From IMG/VR virus record IMGVR_UViG_3300020595_003017, positions 64,001 to 128,000 of that record: a stretch of 64,000 bases of DNA; one strand, written 5' to 3'. Below are positions 1 through 11,576 of this stretch, one piece after another. Origin of the DNA: a virus. A program made the translations under genes and the position numbers. The number at the start of each line of letters is the position of its first letter. The first letter of the stretch is position 1. The notes beneath the pieces were generated by a model, which did no database searches, had not been told where the DNA came from, and saw nothing but the letters and a program-made list of their open reading frames with translations.

Positions 1-2
1 CA

Positions 3-440
3 AGGTTATCGCAAATTATCAAAGAAGAATACGAAAAGATTCTGCTTGAAGATGAGCAAAGAACTGATGAGGGCTACATGGATGCTCTTGATCGGGAGAG
101 AGACGACGACGCCCGTGAGCGCCGCCGGCAATTGCAACGCATTAAAGACGAAGAAGAAAGAAAGCGCAGAAGCGGTGGCTATCGACGACCCGGCGCAGGC
201 TCTGGCATGGGTGGCATCGGCGGCGGAGGATCTGGCAAAAAGAGATTCCCTGGCTTTAATCGTAAAGACGAAAAGATGGACGCAGTTGGCAAAGAAGATG
301 CCGACGTTGACAACGATGGCGACACTGATAGCAGCGACGAGTATCTGAAGAAGCGCCGCAAAGCCATTGGCAAGGCCATGAAAAAGGAATCTCTGGATTC
401 TATCCGAGATTTAATTCAGCAAGAACTTAAGAATTTCTAG
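3..440 (+). CDS. 5'-truncated acidic/basic protein with an IIKEE leader-like motif and a DxDNDGD motif; probable head-associated protein
   Basis: The frame is open from base 3 (RLSQIIKEEYEKILLEDE...) into the 78..440 ORF. It contains DAVGKEDADVDNDGDTDSSDEYLKKRRKAIGKAM, a motif I recall from T4-like phage proteins. Confidence 0.6.
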   Translation, partial: RLSQIIKEEYEKILLEDEQRTDEGYMDALDRERDDDARERRRQLQRIKDEEERKRRSGGYRRPGAGSGMGGIGGGGSGKKRFPGFNRKDEKMDAVGKEDADVDNDGDTDSSDEYLKKRRKAIGKAMKKESLDSIRDLIQQELKNF

Positions 441-445
441 TAGCC

Positions 446-2635
446 ATGGATCAGGATCTTCGACCCGATCAGATCGAGATTTTAGTTGGCAGTCCTGCTG
501 TCAATGATGAATTCTCACGAAAAATAAAAGAGCTTGATCGAAGGCTCCAGGCTAATGGTATGTATTATAAAGACTGGGAGACACTGAACGATCGGCAGCA
601 TGACGTTTTCTCCAGCGATATGTTTTTAGAAGGTGACAACGCAAACAGCGTTAAGCACTATGTTATGGCTGCGGTTAATTCATGTTGGTGTCCGGATGTT
701 ATTGAAGACCTACACCATCACTCCCCAGTTTTGATAAGGGAAATAGAAAAACAACAAGAGATGCTCCCCGACATGACAGTAAAGATCGGGGAAGGTCTTC
801 AGTATATTAACAACTTGATAGACAATACGCTCGTTGAGTTTTTAGGTGTTCCCGATAAAGAGACTGCCCAATTTTTTGGCTCTGAAGAATACAACGAATT
901 ACTAGACAAACTAGATAGCCTAGGTAATCCTAAGAGCCCGGAAGAGCTTTACGATAATGTCAGCAAAGTAGCCCTCAAAGAACTAGAAAAATACTTCGGA
1001 AAGGGCTGGATTGATAATACTGCCGAAGAATGGAAGATAGACGGAAAAAAAATTAAAAACCCCACCCTCGAAAAAGAGGGAAATCTTGGGAGGATGTGGC
1101 GATTGACCAACGCTGGTAATCGTGCCAATAGAAACGAGGCACTAGAGAAGATTCGAGAGGCGTTGGATGATGGTGCTTATGGTGCTGATATACAAGTAGT
1201 TAAGGACGAAGAGGGCGACATATACAAGAAAGGTTTTTTAGTCAGACTATCCATGGTGTTTAAATTCCCAACTGCTGATGGCAAAGTGGTTGATGTCCCA
1301 TGGAAAATGGACCTGAGCGAGGGCATGGGTGCCGGCGGCACAGCCGAGGGACGACAACTATCTGAATTTCAACAAGCCCTTCAAGAAGCCATAGAAAAAA
1401 ACAATGGACAACCTGTTACGATTGAATTCCCTAACGGTCTTGGGACAGTTAGCGGAGTTGCAAATATCATAAGCGGACCTAAGCGAAAAACAAAGGGACG
1501 AGTTGGAGACCCAAAAACAGATTTTGTTTTACAAGACAAATCCGGAAATAGTTTATATTTCTTATCCGCCAAAGACGGAAATAAACCCAGTAACTTTAAC
1601 CAGTGGGGCGGGTTCTCTAACATCCCAGGCGAAGCCATGAAAGAGATTAATGACTTTGCTAAAGCGGCGGCTAATTTTATATTATACGACAGGAGAGATG
1701 CAAAGACGGATGGCGACCCTCTGCGTTATTACGAATGGCAAAAACAAGGGGGCGAGAACGTTCTAAAGAGAATGAATCCCGGTAGTGTGCCTTACGGAAT
1801 GGTGATCACAAAACCAATAAAAAATCGAATGCTAAAACTTAAGGCAGTTTTTGGAGAGGACTTTGGTACGGTCAATCCACAAACCAAAAAAGCCAACCAT
1901 GGACTGGACTATGTTAATGCCACTTTTCAGATTCCAGAAGGGGCTGCTTTAACTTTAAAAGAGAAGACAGAGGGGGACCCAAGTGTTCTAGTCCCGGATG
2001 GTTTTGTTCATGTGTTCGGTCCAGCACAATTTAGCGGCTATCCGTCAATGACTGATATGTCTGATGAGGAAATAGACGAAGAAATTGATAACGTGATGGG
2101 AAGAGGCTATCATCCTATTCTACTACTCAGAAGAGCAGAGGGAGGCCGAGGAGAAGGCGTCTCAGGAAAAATGTTTGGTCCTAGGTCCGGTACTAAGAAA
2201 TTCAGCAAAAGAAAAGAAGCCGAGGCGGCAGCACAATCCGCCGTTGATGCGGCAGCCGGCATCCAGATTTCTATGCCGAAGGATATTTATGGTCCGAAAG
2301 TCCCATATTCAATGCAAAGCGTTAGGTTTGGGATATTCCCAGCAGAAAACAGAGCCATTACTCACGTTATGAATGATAACTTTCAGGTGGAAGCTGTCTG
2401 GGACAAAGAAGGTGCCCTCGCTTCAGCCCAATGCGGCTCTTGGTATTGCAACAAGGCAGCCCTTGACGCTGTTGGTGGGGCAGTAGAAATAAAAGAAGAC
2501 GGATCAAGAACGCCTTTAGACTTAACAGGTCCAGTTGATGATGATACTATTGGGGGAGCAGATGGGAATCCAAAACCACCATCGGCTCAGAAGTTTAACA
2601 AGTTTAAATTGCCGGCAGCAAATATAAAAAGATGA
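446..2635 (+). CDS. Large protein with a central PD-(D/E)xK restriction-endonuclease-like domain
   Basis: 729 aa ORF. The motif DPKTDFVLQD...YFLSAKDG...FNQWGGFS (about nt 1507-1620) fits the PxxD...SxK nuclease variant. Confidence 0.55.
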   Translation: MDQDLRPDQIEILVGSPAVNDEFSRKIKELDRRLQANGMYYKDWETLNDRQHDVFSSDMFLEGDNANSVKHYVMAAVNSCWCPDVIEDLHHHSPVLIREIEKQQEMLPDMTVKIGEGLQYINNLIDNTLVEFLGVPDKETAQFFGSEEYNELLDKLDSLGNPKSPEELYDNVSKVALKELEKYFGKGWIDNTAEEWKIDGKKIKNPTLEKEGNLGRMWRLTNAGNRANRNEALEKIREALDDGAYGADIQVVKDEEGDIYKKGFLVRLSMVFKFPTADGKVVDVPWKMDLSEGMGAGGTAEGRQLSEFQQALQEAIEKNNGQPVTIEFPNGLGTVSGVANIISGPKRKTKGRVGDPKTDFVLQDKSGNSLYFLSAKDGNKPSNFNQWGGFSNIPGEAMKEINDFAKAAANFILYDRRDAKTDGDPLRYYEWQKQGGENVLKRMNPGSVPYGMVITKPIKNRMLKLKAVFGEDFGTVNPQTKKANHGLDYVNATFQIPEGAALTLKEKTEGDPSVLVPDGFVHVFGPAQFSGYPSMTDMSDEEIDEEIDNVMGRGYHPILLLRRAEGGRGEGVSGKMFGPRSGTKKFSKRKEAEAAAQSAVDAAAGIQISMPKDIYGPKVPYSMQSVRFGIFPAENRAITHVMNDNFQVEAVWDKEGALASAQCGSWYCNKAALDAVGGAVEIKEDGSRTPLDLTGPVDDDTIGGADGNPKPPSAQKFNKFKLPAANIKR

Positions 2636-2647
2636 AAGTGAGGATAG

Positions 2648-3636
2648 TTGAAATCTCTTTTAAGATACCCAGGTGGTAAAACTAGAGCACTCAAATGGAT
2701 CACACCTTATTTCCCAAAAGACATGACAGAAATGGTCAGTCCGTTTTTTGGCGGTGGTTCCATTGAGATTCATTACGCAAGTCAAGGTGTACGAGTTCAT
2801 GGCTATGAGATCTTCGAGCCACTAGTCAACTTCTGGCAGTATGCTCTGGAGGATCCAGAGTATATGGCCGAAACACTTGAATCACTATTCCATCCCTGTA
2901 CTGAGTTAAAGTTTAAAGAATATCAAAAGAAGCATTGCTGGACTCATATGGACAGCACTCACCGGAACTACAAGCAATACCGAGCCTGTATGTACTATGC
3001 TTTGAATCGCTCATCATTTAGCGGGGCAACTACGAGCGGCGGTTACTCACAACAGGCTGCGGACAAGCGGTTCACCCAAAGTAGTATTGACCGACTTAAA
3101 GAGTTCCTATGTCCCTTCCTAACTGTCAAGCACGCAGACTTCAAGGATAGCATAGCAAAACATGATGACGATACATTCATATACGCAGACCCTCCTTATG
3201 CTATCGACAACCCAGTCCTCTATGGTGACAACGGTTCAACCCATAAAGGTTTTGACCACGTTGGTTTCGCAAAGGCAATAAAAGAAAAGAATAATTGGAT
3301 CATTTCTTATAACGATAGCAAATATATTAGGGACCTATATCAGGGTTACGAGATCATTGAGACTGGTTGGTCCTATGGGATGCATGGTGGTCAGGCCAAA
3401 GAGGGAGAACTAGTCAATAAGTCGAGCGAAATTCTTATTCTAAATGGTATCGACCCGGATCACATTGCTGCTGCCAATGAGCAAGTCCAGCGGATGCGTG
3501 CTGAGGAGCTAGAGAAGAAGAAAAAAGCTGCCACCAAGAAATTTAAAAAGCTATTCAAGGAGCAACAGCAGCAACGCTGGGCTAAACAACTGAAGAGTTT
3601 TAGGGCTAAACAACTGAAGAGTTTTAGGGTAAGGCA

Positions 3637-3640
<4 letters not shown>
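2648..3640 (+). CDS. N6-adenine DNA methyltransferase (Dam/D12 class), target sequence unknown
   Basis: LLRYPGGK, SPFFGGGS (motif I) and FIYADPPY (motif IV). TTG start after AGGA. Basic C-terminal extension. Confidence 0.9.
3579..3629 (+). repeat. Perfect 24-bp tandem duplication
   Basis: gggctaaacaactgaagagtttta occurs at 3579-3602 and 3603-3626, followed by ggg. It encodes AKQLKSFR twice. Confidence 0.95.
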
Positions 3641-5384
<1,744 letters not shown>

Positions 5385-5431
5385 AAATGCAAGTCTAGCG
5401 ACTATTTATTAAGACAGCCGGTTTCATACAT

Positions 5432-5464
5432 AAAGACCAGTATATTTTGTGCTGGTCTTTTTTT
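5432..5464 (+). terminator. Rho-independent terminator
   Basis: aaagaccag/ctggtcttt stem followed by a T-run, downstream of groEL. Confidence 0.7.
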
Positions 5465-5479
5465 ATATGAGGGTTCCCT

Positions 5480-5938
5480 ATGAGCGACGAACTTTTAAAA
5501 ATTGTTTTGCAAAAAGTAGAGAGCATGGAGCACAAGATTACTAGTGCCAAGTCGCTCAATGGTGGTTTTGACAAGTTGGCAGGGGATGTTGAGCACATCA
5601 AAGCAGCACAATCAGAAGTTCTGGATGCTGTGAGGGGTGTTAAGCAAACCCTTTATGAACCTGATTCGGGATTGTTTAGTCGAGTTAAGGAACTTGAGTC
5701 AGAGTCTAGAATTCGTAACGCCTATGTGAAAGAAACGAAACCTGCTTTAGACTTTGCCAAAGAGTTAGTTGTCTGGAAAAAACACGCAGACAAAGAGCTA
5801 GAACAATTTGAAGCACTTCAGATTGAGTTTGCTAAACTTCAGGACTGGAAACAGGGTGCTCAAAAGGTTATTTGGCTTATAGCCACTGCCGCTGGTGGTA
5901 TGTGGGTCAAGCACTTCATGGATTTGATGATGAGATGA
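5480..5938 (+). CDS. Coiled-coil protein with a C-terminal hydrophobic anchor
   Basis: 152 aa ORF with heptad character, ending in VIWLIATAAGGMWV. Confidence 0.6.
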   Translation: MSDELLKIVLQKVESMEHKITSAKSLNGGFDKLAGDVEHIKAAQSEVLDAVRGVKQTLYEPDSGLFSRVKELESESRIRNAYVKETKPALDFAKELVVWKKHADKELEQFEALQIEFAKLQDWKQGAQKVIWLIATAAGGMWVKHFMDLMMR

Positions 5939-6069
5939 CTGGTTTCGTGTTAGGAGCGATTATATTTTCTGTCCCTACGATATATTACCGCATCAAATTA
6001 AAAGAAACCGAGAAGAGATTACAGAAACATATTGAAACCCGCTGGATGTGGGAAGAATGGGGAGAATAA
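5935..6069 (+). CDS. Small membrane protein, 44 aa
   Basis: ATGA overlap with the upstream stop; MTGFVLGAIIFSVPTIYY. Confidence 0.55.
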   Translation: MTGFVLGAIIFSVPTIYYRIKLKETEKRLQKHIETRWMWEEWGE

Positions 6070-6070
6070 A

Positions 6071-6478
6071 ATGAAGAACTGGAAACCTTTTTTCTTTGAG
6101 GACAGTAGGATTCCTGTATGGTTATCTCACATAGCTCCCATTAATATCGGGGCTATCACTCTATTCTTTTTAGTTTTTAGTCGAAGCAAGATAAACGAGT
6201 TTACGAAACGACATGAGACAATACACTTCCAACAAATGCTAGAAACAGGTGTCATTGGGTTTGTCGTTTTGTATTTGCTTGATTATCTGGTTGGGCTTTG
6301 GAAATATAAAAATGATTGGAAAGGGCAGAAAACAACCCGTGGCTATGAATACCGGTCTGCTGCTCATAAGGCCTACCATCGAATTCGTGCAGAACAAGAA
6401 GCCTATCAGAATGAAATGGTTCATAACTATCCGGTGGCACGTTCCCGTTATGCGTGGATAAAAATGTATAAAGTATAA
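6071..6478 (+). CDS. Membrane-associated HExxH protein (possible zincin)
   Basis: RHETIHFQQ followed by a TM segment and EQEAY; ATG after GGAG. Confidence 0.5.
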   Translation: MKNWKPFFFEDSRIPVWLSHIAPINIGAITLFFLVFSRSKINEFTKRHETIHFQQMLETGVIGFVVLYLLDYLVGLWKYKNDWKGQKTTRGYEYRSAAHKAYHRIRAEQEAYQNEMVHNYPVARSRYAWIKMYKV

Positions 6479-6486
6479 AATAAAAC

Positions 6487-6535
6487 TTGACCTACCTTAG
6501 AAGTATGATACTATACATATGTAAGGGAGAGAGAT
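6487..6535 (+). promoter_or_regulatory. Sigma70-like early promoter with GA-rich leader
   Basis: TTGACC-N16-TACTAT with an extended TG, then gtaagggagagagat-ATG. Confidence 0.8.
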
Positions 6536-6664
6536 ATGTTTTACAAGGTAGTGATCTACGAGTGCTATGACGGTCAGAAGAAACTAGGACACGTCATCCC
6601 CAATAAAAACCTTCTTGCGTTGCTCCGCAAGGGTGGCTCATCTCACCTTGGAGATTCCAAATAA
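6536..6664 (+). CDS. Small early protein, 42 aa
   Basis: Read by hand: MFYKVVIYECYDGQKKLGHV... It follows a strong SD and has a TAATG overlap with the next gene. Confidence 0.65.
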   Translation: MFYKVVIYECYDGQKKLGHVIPNKNLLALLRKGGSSHLGDSK

Positions 6665-7299
6665 TGTCTTACTGGAGCCAGATGTACGCCCGCCCTCAAA
6701 AAGCAGAGCGCCTTGAAGTTCAGAACGGCGAGGCTCGCTTCGAGTCCTTGATGGCTAAGAAGCTGTCAGAGGGTGACCGCAAGTTTGCTGAGTCTCTCAA
6801 GAGCCAGTTTGAAGATGGCGGCAAGTTGAGTCACAAACAGATTGAGTGCGTTGAGCGTATGGAGCAACGCTACTCTCCTGAGTCACAACTCAAGCGGGAA
6901 CGCTGGGCTCAGTCCTACAAGGCGGAGCACCGTGAGACTGCTCTTATTTGTGCGAACTACTACGCCACAACCATGTACTTCCGTGACCTGTCTCTCAAGA
7001 TTGCCACGGATGAGGACTTTGTTCCCACCGAAAAGCAGTTCAATGCTCTCGCCAAAAACAAATATGCCCTGAAGGCCATCAAGGCTGCGACTGAGCCGCC
7101 TGCCTTCCCTATCGGATCTTTGTGCAAGGTTCGTGCAAACTTCAACTTGGTCAGTAATCCTAAGCTTCACGACCAGATGGGTCTAGTTGTGGCTAACCAC
7201 GCCAAGGGTCTCTACGCCTCTTCAACCATCCTTGTGAATGGCGAGAACGTCAAGCTTGAAGACCGCTGCTTGAAAGCTGCGGCAAAGAAAAAGAAATAA
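6664..7299 (+). CDS. Hypothetical early protein with a C-terminal SH3/KOW-like segment
   Basis: 211 aa ORF rich in C-ending codons; FPIGSLCKVR...GLVV. Confidence 0.7.
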   Translation: MSYWSQMYARPQKAERLEVQNGEARFESLMAKKLSEGDRKFAESLKSQFEDGGKLSHKQIECVERMEQRYSPESQLKRERWAQSYKAEHRETALICANYYATTMYFRDLSLKIATDEDFVPTEKQFNALAKNKYALKAIKAATEPPAFPIGSLCKVRANFNLVSNPKLHDQMGLVVANHAKGLYASSTILVNGENVKLEDRCLKAAAKKKK

Positions 7300-7351
7300 C
7301 TTAAACAACATCAGACAATGATGTATAATCCTGTTAAGGAGGATTTAGTGT

Positions 7352-7759
7352 ATGCGAGCAACAATTAGTTTTGAGACCGATGTAGGTGAGGTGGAGGGCA
7401 CGATGGCAGTTTTAGCCTGTTCGGAAGAGCACAACCTTCGTGCTGCTGCTGACCTCTTGTCTGACTTCACTGTTTTAGATGGAAGTGTGTTAGATGCAAT
7501 TACGGAAGTTTTGCGCTTGGTGGATATGTCTGCCGGACAACTTAGGCAGTACCAGCAAATGATGTTGAGTTTTGAAAAGGCAAAGTTTGAGACAATGCTG
7601 CCCCAGCCAGTTGAGCAAGCTATCCCAGTCGTTGACAACATGGAAAAGCTCAACGAGGTCAAGAAAAATATGCAGGGACTAGAGTCCTTCCTCGACAAGA
7701 TAGCGGCGGTGAGTGAAGCCGATGATCAGGAGGCTAACCATGAAACCCAGAAAGGGTGA
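7352..7759 (+). CDS. Hypothetical protein
   Basis: 135 aa ORF with an AAGGAGG SD. Confidence 0.7.
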   Translation: MRATISFETDVGEVEGTMAVLACSEEHNLRAAADLLSDFTVLDGSVLDAITEVLRLVDMSAGQLRQYQQMMLSFEKAKFETMLPQPVEQAIPVVDNMEKLNEVKKNMQGLESFLDKIAAVSEADDQEANHETQKG

Positions 7760-7958
7760 TCTGGTTTATCTGCCATCAGATATCATGCTGATCGATAATC
7801 ATACTGTAAAGAAGTGGATTAAACTTGAGGAGCCAACTTACGCAGTTATGGTTGAGCCTCAAATAAATAAAGAAGATATATATCACAAAGTCCATGTCAA
7901 AGGAAATGACTGGCTTGTTCGGACAATAGATACAATGGAGGTAATGTCCCGTGCTTAA
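7740..7958 (+). CDS. Small SH3/KOW-like protein
   Basis: MKPRKGDLVYLP start, AGGAGG SD upstream. Confidence 0.6.
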   Translation: MKPRKGDLVYLPSDIMLIDNHTVKKWIKLEEPTYAVMVEPQINKEDIYHKVHVKGNDWLVRTIDTMEVMSRA

Positions 7959-8262
7959 GGTTTCAGAAGTTTATGAAAGACAAACAAAAGTAATCAAAGA
8001 GCGGCCTGATGGTTCAGAGTACGCAAGCTTTGAAAACATCTTTGATACAAGGGATGCTCTTATCAACGAGAGTTTTGTTGTATCAGTCCACCCTCACGAG
8101 TTTACTACCTCGGCTGGTCTCTCAAAAATGGAGGCAGCATTCCCTGATGGGACAAAGTTCAGTACATTTATTGTTGATGGTAACTCTTTTCGCAAATCTG
8201 AGATGATTGTAATCGGTTCGTTTGAGCGGTTTTGTGACATGTTACAGGATAGAGAGACATGA
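7951..8262 (+). CDS. Hypothetical protein
   Basis: 103 aa ORF, GTG start after GGAGG. Confidence 0.65.
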   Translation: MLKVSEVYERQTKVIKERPDGSEYASFENIFDTRDALINESFVVSVHPHEFTTSAGLSKMEAAFPDGTKFSTFIVDGNSFRKSEMIVIGSFERFCDMLQDRET

Positions 8263-9002
8263 GCTTCCCAACCTGGGGTGACTTGTTTGATAATTATTGT
8301 TCTCATACAACGATTAAAACATCTTTGGGACTTAAGCAAAATCTCTTTTATGAGGAGTTTGCAAGAAGAAGATATAATCCATCGCCCATTAGTGACACCT
8401 CTTGTTGTCGGCTGGTGTTCTTAAAAGACGTATTGCACAACCCCACTAACAAAACGCTTTGTCGCCAGGGTCGATTTATCTGGTGCAAAAATTTGCACTA
8501 TGAAGGTCGTGATGATAACGGTTACAGGCAAATATCTTTTACAATTGACAAGGGTAAGAAGAGATTTAAAGTATCAGAAAAGAACATGTTATGTCTTCCG
8601 TCAAAAGTTTTTATTCACAACAACAGGTATTTTAGATCAAACTTGAAGACCTTTGCAGCTTTTTCTACTGTATTTAGTCACAGGCAGACCATGACCATGA
8701 TGCGTAAGTCTTGGTCAGGCGCAGACGGAGAGTTAGATACTATCATTGACGAAGACAGTCCTTTTAAGCCGGGCACGCTGGTATCACCTCGTGTTGGGTA
8801 TTTTCATCCAGATGTTGATTGGAATTCTGTCGGCGACACGAAACAAAACATGTCCGGAAGAGACCACCCATGTGGGATCATTCTCGGAAAGTCTCTCGTA
8901 GATAACGATTATGTAGGAAGAGAGTTCTACCGTGTGCGTTTTGGAAATACTACATATGAAAAGGTTCACCCTGTGCAAATGGAGATATTAAATGAAGTTT
9001 AG
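8259..9002 (+). CDS. Hypothetical protein with a C-terminal SH3-like segment
   Basis: 247 aa ORF; FKPGTLVSPR...GIIL...YRVRFG. Confidence 0.65.
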   Translation: MSFPTWGDLFDNYCSHTTIKTSLGLKQNLFYEEFARRRYNPSPISDTSCCRLVFLKDVLHNPTNKTLCRQGRFIWCKNLHYEGRDDNGYRQISFTIDKGKKRFKVSEKNMLCLPSKVFIHNNRYFRSNLKTFAAFSTVFSHRQTMTMMRKSWSGADGELDTIIDEDSPFKPGTLVSPRVGYFHPDVDWNSVGDTKQNMSGRDHPCGIILGKSLVDNDYVGREFYRVRFGNTTYEKVHPVQMEILNEV

Positions 9003-9249
9003 ACTGTACACAAAGACCGATTGTCCTTATTGTCAAATGGCCATCCGATTGTTGGCAGAGAGACAGAAGGAGTTTGAGTGCTATGCACTTGATAACCAAC
9101 CCAAGCTACTTAATGAGATAAAGAGCACATATCGCTGGGAGACTGTTCCTGTTGTTGTTGAAATAACAGAGGGTCAAGAAAAGTTTATTGGTGGTTATGA
9201 CGATCTCAGAGAGTATTTAAATAAAGGTAAACAATTATTAAAAGGATAG
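8992..9249 (+). CDS. Glutaredoxin
   Basis: CPYC active site, TVP and FIGGYDDL motifs. Confidence 0.92.
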   Translation: MKFRLYTKTDCPYCQMAIRLLAERQKEFECYALDNQPKLLNEIKSTYRWETVPVVVEITEGQEKFIGGYDDLREYLNKGKQLLKG

Positions 9250-9252
9250 AAT

Positions 9253-9855
9253 ATGATTTGGACTTCTAAAGTTTCCCCGCTGATCAAAGAGATTGACTTA
9301 CGAAAACCTCCGGTAATCGTAAACGTTAACAAGTTTACAGAAGATTCAGCTAAAAAGTTTCACCAAGAGATGGCTGCGGCTCATAACAGTGGTCAGCCTG
9401 TGATTCCAATTGTTATCGATTCATATGGTGGACAAGTATACTCATTGATGTCGATGATTTCAGCCATCGAGTCAGCCGAGATACCTGTTGCTACTATTGT
9501 TGAGGGCAAAGCAATGTCATGCGGCGCAGTGCTTTTAACTTTTGGAGAGCAGGGTATGAGATTCGCCGATCCTAACGCTACGATTATGATCCATGATGTC
9601 AGTAGTGGGTGCTTCGGCAAAATAGAAGAGATGAAAGCCGATGTCAAAGAAGCTGAACGACTTGACGAAAAGATCTTTACCATGATGGCTCGTAACTGCG
9701 GTAAAAAAGACGACTACTTTAAGAAAAAGGTTTTTAATAAAAAACATGCTGATTGGTTTATGGATGCCCAAGAAGCAAAGAAACATGGACTTGTCAATCA
9801 CCTTAGAGTACCTAAGCTCAATATTAAGGTAGATGTGGACATTAGTTTTGACTGA
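9253..9855 (+). CDS. clpP: ClpP-family protease subunit
   Basis: IDSYGG, AMSCG (Ser), MIHD (His) and DWFMDAQEA (Asp). Confidence 0.9.
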   Translation: MIWTSKVSPLIKEIDLRKPPVIVNVNKFTEDSAKKFHQEMAAAHNSGQPVIPIVIDSYGGQVYSLMSMISAIESAEIPVATIVEGKAMSCGAVLLTFGEQGMRFADPNATIMIHDVSSGCFGKIEEMKADVKEAERLDEKIFTMMARNCGKKDDYFKKKVFNKKHADWFMDAQEAKKHGLVNHLRVPKLNIKVDVDISFD

Positions 9856-10340
9856 TGGTAGAGTTTGTTTTAGTTTCCTTACTTGCGTACAACTTTCCGT
9901 CGTACTTTGATACGGAACAAGAACTTAATGCTGCTGTAATCATTGACCAATCAATCACTCTTAAAGAGGATCCATATTTTATGGTAGCTCTTGCCTGGGT
10001 TGAGTCCCGGCTTAAGACCGGACGCATATCTCATACTGGTGATTATGGTTTGTTCCAAATAAATTATAATTTCTGGGGACGCAAATGGGGTTATAAAAAT
10101 CGCCAGAAATTCTTGGTTGATATGTCCAGTGCTAACCATGCTACGGTAGCAGCAGTTGTGGTCCTTGAAGAGATGAGGAAATATAAATCATGTGCTGGTC
10201 TTAATTTGCCAGCCTGCTATAATGGTGGCCCGAATTGGCAAAACTCCAAGAACAAAGAAAAGATTTTAGAGTACGCTACAAAAGTTCACAAGATGCGAGT
10301 CATATTCAAAAGAAAGTTTATAGGCTGGGCAAAAAGGTGA
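9855..10340 (+). CDS. Soluble lytic transglycosylase (SLT-like) with a signal or anchor sequence
   Basis: AWVESR (catalytic Glu), DYGLFQIN and CYNGG motifs. Confidence 0.8.
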   Translation: MVEFVLVSLLAYNFPSYFDTEQELNAAVIIDQSITLKEDPYFMVALAWVESRLKTGRISHTGDYGLFQINYNFWGRKWGYKNRQKFLVDMSSANHATVAAVVVLEEMRKYKSCAGLNLPACYNGGPNWQNSKNKEKILEYATKVHKMRVIFKRKFIGWAKR

Positions 10341-10672
10341 CTAAGCAAAAGTACGGAATAAAGATTAGCACCATTTTAAATGCAGCGGAAAAACTGACTG
10401 CCGATCTTGAGTATCTTTGCTCTATAGCAGAAAGTCCAGACCCTGAGTTTCCTATCATGGATGCTTTGGCTTACGCTAGGGCTGTCTCTGCGGTAGCTAA
10501 CCATTTAGATTTTGTCATTGAAGATTTGACTGAAAATGACTTAAGCGAAGACGAAGAGTATGTTAAACTAAGTGAGGATGATTTAGTTTTAATGAGCAGC
10601 CTAACTGAGAGTTCAGAAGAGGCCATCAAAATATTGGAGAAAACATGTGGTATCTACCTTCAAAACAATTGA
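10337..10672 (+). CDS. Acidic hypothetical protein
   Basis: Likely GTG start at 10337 (GTGA overlap) within the 10235..10672 ORF. Confidence 0.6.
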   Translation: MTKQKYGIKISTILNAAEKLTADLEYLCSIAESPDPEFPIMDALAYARAVSAVANHLDFVIEDLTENDLSEDEEYVKLSEDDLVLMSSLTESSEEAIKILEKTCGIYLQNN

Positions 10673-10848
10673 TGTACATGAGTTTTTATTATTTTTCAAT
10701 TATATTCTTAATAGCTTGTATCCTGTATGATTTGTTTGCAGACACCATAACAGGGTTTACGTTTGGATACTTTTTCGCACTGTTTTATATGATTGCCCGC
10801 ACCCGAACGGTACTGAGGCTGTTGGAGGATATGGATGATGAACCGTAG
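10672..10848 (+). CDS. Small two-TM membrane protein
   Basis: Hydrophobic 58 aa ORF overlapping the upstream stop. Confidence 0.55.
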   Translation: MYMSFYYFSIIFLIACILYDLFADTITGFTFGYFFALFYMIARTRTVLRLLEDMDDEP

Positions 10849-10952
10849 GCAAATTGATGAGATGGTATATAGGATTTATACGCTGGCGGTTACAGTTGCC
10901 TATTACCCAGTCTACCTTTCCATCCTCGGTATGGATAAAATTAAACAAAGAC

Positions 10953-10980
10953 TTGACTTAGACTAAAAATAGGATATATT
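10953..10980 (+). promoter_or_regulatory. Sigma70-like promoter
   Basis: acTTGACT-N16-TATATT. Confidence 0.6.
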
Positions 10981-10989
10981 AGTTGATAT

Positions 10990-11115
10990 ATGCTAAAAGA
11001 TTTTACGACATATGTGATAGCTAGTGCAATTAGTTTGGCCTGCTTGGGTCTACTAGCCGCAATCATGGCACGAGACACAATTAAGGACATTGATGCTGGA
11101 CCATCTAACGACTGA
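10990..11115 (+). CDS. Small membrane peptide, 41 aa
   Basis: Read by hand: MLKDFTTYVIASAISLACLGLLAAIMAR... Confidence 0.45.
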   Translation: MLKDFTTYVIASAISLACLGLLAAIMARDTIKDIDAGPSND

Positions 11116-11557
11116 CAATTGGGTATCATTGGGCGGTAAGCCCATCGCTGATATCAGACAACGTATTCAAAAACGATTTGAAGCAGACCGTTTCACGTTT
11201 CATGTAGGCACCGATAGTAAATCGTATGCGGACCACACCATCATTAGCACAACAATATGTTTTCGAGAGAATGGTCATGGTGCCTTGGTGGCATATCAGC
11301 GAAACAAAATAGACAACTTTAATAATATAACTGAGCGATTACTGCACGAAACAATAGTATCGCTAGAGGCTGCGAAAATGGTACAGGACATTACCGGCGA
11401 CCCGCCTACGATTCATGCAGATGTTAATACAAAAGAAACAGCCTTAAGTTATAGGATGCTTAATGTTATAATAGGACTGGTTCAAGGTATGGGATTCCCT
11501 ATAAAAGTAAAGCCTGATGCTTGGGCTGCTGATATTGCAGATATGTACACCAGATAA
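11093..11557 (+). CDS. RNase H-like protein (YkuK/DUF458 type)
   Basis: HVGTDS, RLLHET, IHADVN and WAADIAD acidic motifs; ATG after AAGGA. Confidence 0.75.
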   Translation: MLDHLTTDNWVSLGGKPIADIRQRIQKRFEADRFTFHVGTDSKSYADHTIISTTICFRENGHGALVAYQRNKIDNFNNITERLLHETIVSLEAAKMVQDITGDPPTIHADVNTKETALSYRMLNVIIGLVQGMGFPIKVKPDAWAADIADMYTR

Positions 11558-11576
11558 ATCATCGAAAGGAAAAAAG

